DNA from: an uncultured virus (IMG/VR IMGVR_UViG_3300042448_001291) | Taxonomy: Duplodnaviria; Heunggongvirae; Uroviricota; Caudoviricetes | Strand: one strand, 5' to 3' | IMG/VR virus record: IMGVR_UViG_3300042448_001291 | Length of the DNA: 64,000 nucleotides | Shown here: positions 48,101 through 55,025 of the stretch, piece by piece | Numbering within the stretch: position 1 is the first letter of the stretch | Layout of the letters: every line of letters begins with the position of its first letter | Position numbers and translations under genes: made by a program | The notes under the pieces: generated by a model | Database searches by the model: none | Seen by the model: the letters and a program-made list of their open reading frames with translations, nothing else | What the model was told of the DNA's origin: nothing

Positions 48101-48710
48101 TATTGCAAATCGAATACAAGATTTAATAACAATTACCGCTAACGGTGTTGAAATTCCTACTGAAGATTTTGGTTGGAAAAATAAAAGATATGTTGGTAGT
48201 AAGTTTCGTATCGCACATATAGAAAGATACTCCGATAAAAATCTAGAAGTATTACACTTTACGTGTTTTCCAGATTCAACATATCAACACCCAATTTTTG
48301 GTTTTGATATTATTACAACAGATAAGAAACCACTTGCAGCATTTTTAGATTGGTCTCCGGTTGATAATGTTTTAAGTTATATATGTCTTGAAGAATTTAA
48401 AAAACTATACCCATTACCTGAATGGGCTAAAATTATTTTTTCACAAACACCAATAGCAATTATTCCAGATGATTCTGAAATGGAAAAATTAGGAGAAGTT
48501 GTAATTCAAAGTTTTGAAGATTATTTAACTATTTTAAATAATTCGACCCCATCAATTAAAAGATCGAATTACATTATTGCAGCACAAAATAGATATTGTG
48601 AACAACAGCAAAAAAACGAAAGGACATATAATGTGTTAAAAGCAAAACTTGGCGAAGAAAAGGCCAAGTTCTTTATGTCAGAAATTTTATTCCCAAGAAT
48701 CGCAAATTAA
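48075..48710 (+). CDS. Ferredoxin-dependent bilin reductase (PcyA/PcyX-like)
   Basis: FRIAHIE, EVLHFTCFP, PIFGFDI, FLDWSP, LPEWA..IFS, QNRYCEQQQKNERT...LFP. Confidence 0.85.
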   Translation: MNYKKTLDSIANRIQDLITITANGVEIPTEDFGWKNKRYVGSKFRIAHIERYSDKNLEVLHFTCFPDSTYQHPIFGFDIITTDKKPLAAFLDWSPVDNVLSYICLEEFKKLYPLPEWAKIIFSQTPIAIIPDDSEMEKLGEVVIQSFEDYLTILNNSTPSIKRSNYIIAAQNRYCEQQQKNERTYNVLKAKLGEEKAKFFMSEILFPRIAN

Positions 48711-48883
48711 AATCCTCTCCTTTTGTAAACACGGCTAGGTGCACGATACAAAATATTTGGTTGATATTTTCCTATCGTTGCTTTTCTTTTAAAATGATTA
48801 TGATATCTGTGATGATGTGGTTTAATTATTACACAGCCACTTAACGTAGCAATAATCAGTATAAAAAATATTATCTTTTTCAT
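48707..48883 (-). CDS. 58-aa His/Arg-rich lipoprotein (not in ORF track)
   Basis: MKKIIFFILIIATLSGC lipobox, then HHHRYHNH; upstream TATTTAT. Confidence 0.6.
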   Translation of the reverse strand: MKKIIFFILIIATLSGCVIIKPHHHRYHNHFKRKATIGKYQPNILYRAPSRVYKRRGF

Positions 48884-48899
48884 ACTAATAAATATCCAG

Positions 48900-48971
48900 T
48901 ACTCGGTACGGGATTCGAACCCGTGCTACGTCCGTGAAAGGGACGCGACCTAACCACTAGTCGAACCGAGC
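48900..48971 (-). tRNA. tRNA-Glu(TTC), array 2
   Basis: CGTCC-CTTTCAC-GGACG. Confidence 0.95.
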
Positions 48972-48976
48972 AAGTG

Positions 48977-49062
48977 CGGAGAGAGTAGGATTCGAACCCA
49001 CGGTACCTTTCAGTACTTCGGTTTTCAAGACCGACGCGATAGACCAACTCTGCCATCTCTCC
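48977..49062 (-). tRNA. tRNA-Ser(TGA), array 2
   Basis: TCGGT-CTTGAAA-ACCGA; long variable arm. Confidence 0.95.
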
Positions 49063-49064
49063 GT

Positions 49065-49250
49065 TGACACCTTCATTTATCCAACTCACAGGTGTCTTAG
49101 ATGTCCCCTTTCGGGTTAGGAATAATCATTTCGTCCTCACGAGGTCGGGGTGATGTCCCCTGACGTTCTCCCTATACGTCAATGTACGTTTCCATATGGT
49201 GGTCAAACCATTTCTTTTCATATTGGATATACTATTCAGTGACTAACCGA
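49065..49250 (-). ncRNA. Putative structured RNA between tRNA-Asp and tRNA-Ser
   Basis: Hairpins TGACGT/ACGTCA, GGGG/CCCC, CCT-CGTG-AGG, CCC-GAAA-GGG, GACACCT/AGGTGTC. Confidence 0.5.
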
Positions 49251-49256
49251 ATCGTG

Positions 49257-49330
49257 CGGACTGTACGGGACTCGAACCCGTGAACTCTACCGTGACAGGG
49301 TAGCATGATAACCAACTTCACCAACAATCC
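49257..49330 (-). tRNA. tRNA-Asp(GTC), array 2
   Basis: CTACC-CTGTCAC-GGTAG. Confidence 0.95.
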
Positions 49331-49414
49331 GTGTTTGATACTAACTCACCTTAAATTGCACCTACTGGTCATGCCATGGTTAACAAAGTCCTCGTTGAGT
49401 TAGATCAAAAAAGG

Positions 49415-49601
49415 TTACAGGTTTTTCGTACCCATTCGTACATCATAACAAATACATTTCTATATCTGTGGTTACATTTTCGTCATTGGGTTAATTACAC
49501 CCGACTTGTAGCAACTCTACTTTCACCGCTATGATACCGCGAATCAAGACGGGTGTTAAGATTTATAGACAGTGGGTTTCCACCACCGTCGTCACCTGTA
49601 A
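49415..49601 (-). ncRNA. Putative ~190-nt multibranch RNA
   Basis: Closing stem TTACAGGT/ACCTGTAA around arms GACGGTGG/CCACTGTC, ACACCCG/CGGGTGT, ACCCA/TGGGT. Confidence 0.55.
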
Positions 49602-49606
49602 TTTCT

Positions 49607-49726
49607 TTACTTTCTTCTACGCTGACGTAAAGCGCAGCCAGCAACAGATTTATATGCTTTTGTAGTTCTTTTACTTCTTAAAGCACTACTTGCTTTTCTT
49701 GCCACTCTTCTTGACGTTCTAGCCAT
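49607..49726 (-). CDS. 39-aa Arg/Lys-rich protein
   Basis: MARTSRRVARKASSALRSKRTTKAYKSVAGCALRQRRRK. Confidence 0.65.
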   Translation of the reverse strand: MARTSRRVARKASSALRSKRTTKAYKSVAGCALRQRRRK

Positions 49727-49741
49727 AGTTAAAAGTTTTTG

Positions 49742-49813
49742 TTGCGAGGGAAGGGATCGAACCTCCGACCTTTGGGTTATGAGCCCAACGAGCCACCGCT
49801 GCTCTACCTCGCG
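49742..49813 (-). tRNA. tRNA-fMet(CAT), array 2
   Basis: C1:A72 mismatch; TTGGG-CTCATAA-CCCAA with three G:C pairs. Confidence 0.95.
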
Positions 49814-49870
49814 ATGTTTTGCAAATATAGAAAATATTTTTAAAATAAAAAAATATTCCAAATATTTTTG

Positions 49871-49939
49871 TTGCGGGGCCAGGAATCGAACCTGAATATC
49901 TGGCTTATGAGACCAAACGGATTACCTAATCTCCCCACA
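49871..49939 (-). tRNA. tRNA-Met(CAT) with short D arm, array 2
   Basis: TTGGT-CTCATAA-GCCAG; acceptor TGTGGGG/CCCCGCA. Confidence 0.8.
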
Positions 49940-49940
49940 A

Positions 49941-50017
49941 TGGGGTGATCGACGGGATTCGAACCCGCTTTATTCTAGTGCCACAAACTAGTGCTCCACC
50001 GTACGAGCATCGATCAC
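49941..50017 (-). tRNA. tRNA-His(GTG), array 2
   Basis: CTAGT-TTGTGGC-ACTAG; C73 and encoded CCA. Confidence 0.92.
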
Positions 50018-50019
50018 AG

Positions 50020-50090
50020 AGTCACGTGCAGGAATCGAACCTGCGTAGAAGGTTTTGCAGACCTCCGCCTAACCACTCGGCCAACCTGAC
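50020..50090 (-). tRNA. tRNA-Cys(GCA), array 2
   Basis: GAGGT-CTGCAAA-ACCTT; U73. Confidence 0.95.
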
Positions 50091-50097
50091 TTATTTG

Positions 50098-50168
50098 AGG
50101 TCTCACAGGGATTCGAACCCCAATCATCTCGTCCGTAGCGAGACGTTTTTCCATTAAACTATGAAACC
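50098..50168 (-). tRNA. tRNA-Arg(ACG), array 2
   Basis: TCTCG-CTACGGA-CGAGA. Confidence 0.95.
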
Positions 50169-50172
50169 ATTT

Positions 50173-50592
50173 TTATAGGCAATTTTGCTTATATTTTTCC
50201 TCAGTACCAATTCCAATTGGGACAAACAACGCAAAACCATCGTCATCTTCAAAATGGTTACAAGTATCCTCAAATACATTTTGAAATTTTGTTCTCATAT
50301 AAACAAATTCCTTTCCATTCCATTTGGCCACTTGTGCGTTCCTGTGTTCACCAATATAATATTGACCCTCAACTAAATCTTTTTTAGGGATTGCACCTGC
50401 CTCAATTAATTTTGGGACATAATAATCCTTCCATTCCTGAATGTCTACTTTTGGTAAATCAGGTACGTCCCTTGGAGTATTAATTTTTGGGAGATTTTCC
50501 CAATACTCTTTTATTCTTTGTTTTCTTTCCTCTCTTATTTGGATAAGTTGTGCTTTCGCTTTTAACTTAAATCCTTCTACGTTGTTTTCCAT
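50173..50592 (-). CDS. Hypothetical protein within tRNA array 2
   Basis: 139-aa ORF. Confidence 0.75.
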   Translation of the reverse strand: MENNVEGFKLKAKAQLIQIREERKQRIKEYWENLPKINTPRDVPDLPKVDIQEWKDYYVPKLIEAGAIPKKDLVEGQYYIGEHRNAQVAKWNGKEFVYMRTKFQNVFEDTCNHFEDDDGFALFVPIGIGTEEKYKQNCL

Positions 50593-50632
50593 ATTTTACA
50601 AATTGTAAGTGTTTTACTTTACATATTATTAG

Positions 50633-50703
50633 CACGGGTAGAGAGATTCGAACTCCCATCGAGGGTTTTGGAGACCCGTATGCTGCCGTTGCACCATACC
50701 CGC
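50633..50703 (-). tRNA. tRNA-Trp(CCA), array 2
   Basis: GGGT-CTCCAAA-ACCC; G73. Confidence 0.95.
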
Positions 50704-50708
50704 GTGTG

Positions 50709-50782
50709 TGACCCCTTTAGGACTCGAACCTAAAACCCCTACATTAAAAGTGTAGTGCGCTAACCAATTGTGCCAAGAGATC
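50709..50782 (-). tRNA. tRNA-Lys(TTT), array 2
   Basis: CTACA-CTTTTAA-TGTAG. Confidence 0.95.
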
Positions 50783-50842
50783 ATACTAACATTTTTTTGC
50801 ACACTAACATAAATTATGTTATCGTACAAATTTTTGTTATTG

Positions 50843-50915
50843 TGGAACCTCGGAGAGTCGAACTCCATCCTCTGGATTTTCAGTCCAGCGTACGCACCGG
50901 CTATACAAAAGTTCC
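50843..50915 (-). tRNA. tRNA-Phe(GAA), array 2
   Basis: CTGGA-CTGAAAA-TCCAG. Confidence 0.95.
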
Positions 50916-50920
50916 TTCAG

Positions 50921-50993
50921 TTCTTAGGGGTAGATTCGAACTACCAACCTCCTCGGTATCAGCGAGGTACTCTCACCATTGAGTTACCTAAGA
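50921..50993 (-). tRNA. tRNA-Ile(GAT), array 2
   Basis: CCTCG-CTGATAC-CGAGG. Confidence 0.92.
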
Positions 50994-50998
50994 ATTTG

Positions 50999-51068
50999 TG
51001 GACACGTTGGGAATCGAACCCATTCACTCTGATTGCAAATCAGGTGGTCTGCCATTGACATCCGGCCC
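50999..51068 (-). tRNA. tRNA-Ala(TGC), first gene of array 2 (irregular acceptor stem)
   Basis: CTGA-TTTGCAA-TCAG; G3:U70. Confidence 0.8.
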
Positions 51069-51151
51069 ATTTATATTGTGCCAAAACTAACTTTTTTTAT
51101 GAGATTTGGCCACTTATAGAAAATCATAACCGGCCAAAACCCACATAAAAC

Positions 51152-51186
51152 AAAAAAACCTCGAGATTTTTAAGTCCCGAGGTTTT
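51152..51186 (-). terminator. Attenuator terminator upstream of tRNA array 2
   Basis: AAAACCTCGGGA-CTTAAAAA-TCTCGAGGTTTT followed by TTTGTTTT. Confidence 0.85.
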
Positions 51187-51209
51187 CTAATATTTTAAGT
51201 TAAACTAGT

Positions 51210-51308
51210 TTAACCAACATCAGTGTCATCGAGACATATGGACATAGAACGCTCATCCGCCCATTTTGAACAGATTGTAAACGACATTGTATGTTTTGTT
51301 TGTCTCAT
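51210..51308 (-). CDS. 32-aa leader peptide of tRNA array 2: MRQTKHTMSFTICSKWADERSMSICLDDTDVG
   Basis: ATG..TAA between promoter and terminator; 17 of codons 5-23 match array-2 anticodons. Confidence 0.85.
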   Translation of the reverse strand: MRQTKHTMSFTICSKWADERSMSICLDDTDVG

Positions 51309-51338
51309 TGAATTTTGTTTTGTTTTAATCTTCTTTTG

Positions 51339-51370
51339 CAAAGATAATAATAAATACTCTTAAAAACAAG
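51339..51370 (-). promoter_or_regulatory. Bacteroidetes-type promoter for leader 2 with embedded TATTTAT
   Basis: CTTG-20 nt-TATCTTTG; TATTTAT at 51350-51356. Confidence 0.7.
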
Positions 51371-51384
51371 AAAAGTTTAAAAAT

Positions 51385-52173
51385 TTATTTACCCCAGTGC
51401 TTTATTCTTAATTCATCCATATCAATTGGTTCACGTTTCATATGATTACCCCTTGAGAAATTTGCACCTTTTTTAAGATACCCACCCAAAAAGTTTCTTC
51501 GCATTCTATTTGAATTATTTGGTTCAGACCCATGAACGCAATGTGAGTGTAATAGCACAACCTGACCTTTTCGAAGATATCCCTCTACCTTACGAAAATC
51601 ATGACCTTCTGGCATCACACATGGTTTACCTCTTTCATTACTCCAAAATGCTGGGTTTGTTTTAGTTCTTTCTTCATCCACCTCAATTGGTAATACTGGA
51701 AGACGATGCGAACCCTCATAATTCCAAACTGCACCATTTTCAGGGTCATGATTATCTAACGCTAATGCGGTGTTAATAATCTCGTTATGACCACATTTGG
51801 TATAAAAGGCGTTCTGATGTTGGTCGCGACCTAATTGTCCTGGCGGTTTAAAATAACACCAACTTTGCATTCCCTGGATTTCACCCTCCATTAAAAATTC
51901 AACCGCTTCTAGAATTTTTGGGTGAGCGAATAATTTTTCTAATTTATCAGAAAGTTTATGTGGGTAAGCAAACGGATCCCATTCACACCATATTTTACCG
52001 TCTGGGGCTTCGGTCCCGGTTCTTTCGTTTCTTAACCTATCTAATTCATCGTTTATCTCATCACATTCTTCTTCAGTTAATAGTTCCAAGGTGGTAAACC
52101 CCCTATATCTCCAATCAAATGTTATTTGTTGAACCTCAAGGTCACTAAGATGTTTAAAATTACTCATATACAT
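51385..52173 (-). CDS. Phytanoyl-CoA dioxygenase (PhyH)-family 2OG-Fe(II) oxygenase
   Basis: FKPPG...HQNAFY, ALDNHDPENG...GSH, HGSEPNNSNRMRR. Confidence 0.85.
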   Translation of the reverse strand: MYMSNFKHLSDLEVQQITFDWRYRGFTTLELLTEEECDEINDELDRLRNERTGTEAPDGKIWCEWDPFAYPHKLSDKLEKLFAHPKILEAVEFLMEGEIQGMQSWCYFKPPGQLGRDQHQNAFYTKCGHNEIINTALALDNHDPENGAVWNYEGSHRLPVLPIEVDEERTKTNPAFWSNERGKPCVMPEGHDFRKVEGYLRKGQVVLLHSHCVHGSEPNNSNRMRRNFLGGYLKKGANFSRGNHMKREPIDMDELRIKHWGK

Positions 52174-52221
52174 GTTTTAATACCCTAAATTAAATAAAAA
52201 AATACTTATTGTAAAGAAAAC

Positions 52222-52587
52222 ATGGGCATAATTCCGATTACTTGGTATATAGAAACACCTATAGATTTTGAACACAAGCAGTATATCCTATTGTCTTATC
52301 TGCAACATGTTGACGCTAGTTTTATTGAAAAACGACTATCACCGCATCTTTTACATATGGAGAATATGCTCAAAGAACTCAATATGTTTGATGAAAGGTT
52401 CTTAACTATACTAAAGGATTTCGATAAAAATAGATACAAATTCTTCGAAAATCCAAAATTAGACGGAGAAGATAATGAGTTGGTTTATGAAATAAAAGAT
52501 GTTGTTGATTTTTCAATTCCTCAGGTAAAAACCAGATTAGCGCTGGGATATAAGATACTAGAAAGACACTCCCAAATTTTGTTCTAA
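52222..52587 (+). CDS. Hypothetical protein
   Basis: 121-aa ORF, PIDFEHKQYILL. Confidence 0.7.
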   Translation: MGIIPITWYIETPIDFEHKQYILLSYLQHVDASFIEKRLSPHLLHMENMLKELNMFDERFLTILKDFDKNRYKFFENPKLDGEDNELVYEIKDVVDFSIPQVKTRLALGYKILERHSQILF

Positions 52588-52725
52588 TAATTTTTCCGGC
52601 AATATATATGCCCTATTTGCCTTGCCCGATATTTATTTATGGCAAGAAGATACTAAATGTGTCTCTACTTTTAACATGGTGGAGCATATGTTGAGTTAAC
52701 CCTTCTTTATTTAAAACTTAATTTT

Positions 52726-53370
52726 ATGCAGAAAATCAAAACAATTTCAAGGAATCTAGGCGATTACATCGTTTATGCCTTTTTATCATTAGCAATACTA
52801 TTCGTTGTATTTGCACTTATCGCTCAACTATTCTTTGTATTTTTAGAGTTTAGCGGTAGAAGTGAAACTGCAGCACAAATAGCAAGAGAATTTACTTGGA
52901 AGTTTGATGGCACGTTTAAAAACGACCCTAACAACATATTCTATAATGCCGACGAACATGTGTACGTTGAAAGTGTTGTTAATAATGTTAAAATAGGAAA
53001 ATTAGCCGGAAATAGAAACTTAGAATTTGGGGTAAAAAACATACTGGAGGAGTTCTTACAAGATAAGGGGTATGATTTGACGCCAAGTGCACAAAATAAA
53101 TTAAAAGTAGAAATAGTGTATCTAGATGTTTTAACCACAAAAAAGAATGTGTCGGTATTTCATAAAAACGAAGAAGAAGTGGTTATAAGAATGAAAGGTG
53201 TCTTATATAAAGATGGTAAAAAAGAAAAGGAGATTATTGTTGAAGAAGGTTCTTCAGAAATATCAATGTCTAGTTTAATTGTTGATGAAGGTGGTCAATT
53301 TAACCAAACATCATTAAGTAACGCAATAAAGAAAACTTGCGATAAATTGGTTCAAAAATTATTTAATTAA
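52726..53370 (+). CDS. Membrane-anchored protein, possible CsgG/TolB-N-like fold
   Basis: N-terminal TM; FGVKNILEEFL; FNQTSLSNAIKK resembles FNQSTISIATKK in 59715. Confidence 0.55.
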   Translation: MQKIKTISRNLGDYIVYAFLSLAILFVVFALIAQLFFVFLEFSGRSETAAQIAREFTWKFDGTFKNDPNNIFYNADEHVYVESVVNNVKIGKLAGNRNLEFGVKNILEEFLQDKGYDLTPSAQNKLKVEIVYLDVLTTKKNVSVFHKNEEEVVIRMKGVLYKDGKKEKEIIVEEGSSEISMSSLIVDEGGQFNQTSLSNAIKKTCDKLVQKLFN

Positions 53371-53372
53371 AA

Positions 53373-55025
53373 ATGAAAAAATTAATTTTATTTTTAGGGG
53401 TATTTTTAACATCTCTTTCGGCTTTTAGTCAGTTAACCATTAGTCAATCGTTAACACCCACAACTGGTTTAAGGGTTGGAGATACTATTACTGTTCAGTA
53501 TAATTTAACAAAGGGACAAGTGATAAAAAACCCTAGATACCTTTGGTTTAGATACCAATATAATAATAAGGCCTTGAACTACTTGTCAACTACATTTAAC
53601 CAAGGGTCATCTTCTCAAACATTCTACACTGGATGGAGTAACTATAAGTTTACGCCAAATGGTGGCGCAAGTGATAATGATTTAAATGTTCAATATGGTT
53701 TATCTCCATGGAATTACACAGTCAACGCTGATTGGAATGTTGGACAATTAACTGTTCAAAGAGCCGACGCTTCAATTAGCGGTCTAATTGCCACACAAAA
53801 ATATATATTGAAAGACCAAAATACGTACAACAATATATTCAAATTAGATTTAGCAACGGGTACTGACACAACCGGTGCTAATGTTGGGACAATCTATGGT
53901 GGTGGTTGGTCTTCTTTAAGTAACGTAGTAGGTAACACATCCCAATTTAAAGTAAAAGTTTTATATCCACAAGGATATGCTATTTCTGACCATAATGTTC
54001 AGTTAATGAAATTAAAAACAGACGGTAGTGGTACTATCGATTGGAATCAACAACCAATTGCAATATTACCATTAGATGCAACTGGAGAGGCGTTATTTAC
54101 AACACAAGTTAAAGTTGGTGATAGTGTTGGTGTTTTTGTTTCGCCGGCTACACAAAAAAGTTGGATGAATAACATATTAACGGTATCAGACGCATACAAA
54201 GCGTTTTTAGGTCACTCGCAAACTAATATTGGAGGAACACCAAACTTTTTCACATATCCTAATTTAGAACAACAAATTGGTAATATATCTAAGAATGATG
54301 GTACTTTTAATGAGACGGATTCTTATTATTTATTTGCACATGTAATGGGTCAAGACGTGTCGTCAGTTGCATTCATACCATCAAACACAGCAACAACATT
54401 TAGATGGAATAGCGGACTGTTGAATCAGAATTGGTTGGATGGCGCACCGAAAAATAAAGTATTGATAGATACCCCAATTAAGGAGGTTTATGCCGTATAT
54501 GCTTGGGGTGGTGATTTAAACTGGTCACACTCATCAGACCCAGCGGTAATTGCAAGTAGAATAAGTGCTGGACAATATACAAACTCAATAAACTCTATTC
54601 AAACAAACTCAACTAAATCAACAAGTTCAATTTCAATGTCATATAAAACTGAAGCACTAGAAACTGCTAAATTGAGTGTGACATCAACATTAGAAGGTGG
54701 TAAGGTTATTCTATCAACCACATTAACTAAAGAAGGTTTGGCAGGTTTGGAAGTAATAATGAATTATGATACTACTAAATTATCTTTAGATAATGTAATA
54801 TTTGACGCTGGGAGCACAATTACTAACTTCTCTACACATGATAACGGTAGATTAACATTTGGATCAATGGACCAAATAAAGGTTGCTAGAATTAAAACTG
54901 GTGCACCTTATAAATTAATATTTACACCAAAAGTACCATTAACAAATACTTCGGGTTTATTCTTCTTTGTGTTGGCAGATGCTGTTGATGCTGGGGGTAA
55001 TAAAGTCAATTTAGTTGTTGAATAA
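53373..55025 (+). CDS. Secreted beta-rich protein with C-terminal cohesin-like domain
   Basis: Signal peptide ...SAFSQ; LTVSDAYKAF...GDLNWSHS shared with the next gene; LAGLEVIMNYD. Confidence 0.65.
   Translation: MKKLILFLGVFLTSLSAFSQLTISQSLTPTTGLRVGDTITVQYNLTKGQVIKNPRYLWFRYQYNNKALNYLSTTFNQGSSSQTFYTGWSNYKFTPNGGASDNDLNVQYGLSPWNYTVNADWNVGQLTVQRADASISGLIATQKYILKDQNTYNNIFKLDLATGTDTTGANVGTIYGGGWSSLSNVVGNTSQFKVKVLYPQGYAISDHNVQLMKLKTDGSGTIDWNQQPIAILPLDATGEALFTTQVKVGDSVGVFVSPATQKSWMNNILTVSDAYKAFLGHSQTNIGGTPNFFTYPNLEQQIGNISKNDGTFNETDSYYLFAHVMGQDVSSVAFIPSNTATTFRWNSGLLNQNWLDGAPKNKVLIDTPIKEVYAVYAWGGDLNWSHSSDPAVIASRISAGQYTNSINSIQTNSTKSTSSISMSYKTEALETAKLSVTSTLEGGKVILSTTLTKEGLAGLEVIMNYDTTKLSLDNVIFDAGSTITNFSTHDNGRLTFGSMDQIKVARIKTGAPYKLIFTPKVPLTNTSGLFFFVLADAVDAGGNKVNLVVE

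Noticed and set aside
49065..49250. Hammerhead ribozyme
   Set aside because: GAAA is present but the CUGAUGA core with correct stems could not be assembled.
45992..51058. ORF-track entries overlapping tRNAs (e.g. 45992, 46451, 46548, 46767, 47030, 47089, 48880, 49945, 50629, 50770, 50816)
   Set aside because: They are shadow translations of tRNA or ncRNA genes.
52630..52720. Riboswitch-like leader before the surface module
   Set aside because: Only a weak hairpin; no recognisable aptamer or expression platform.
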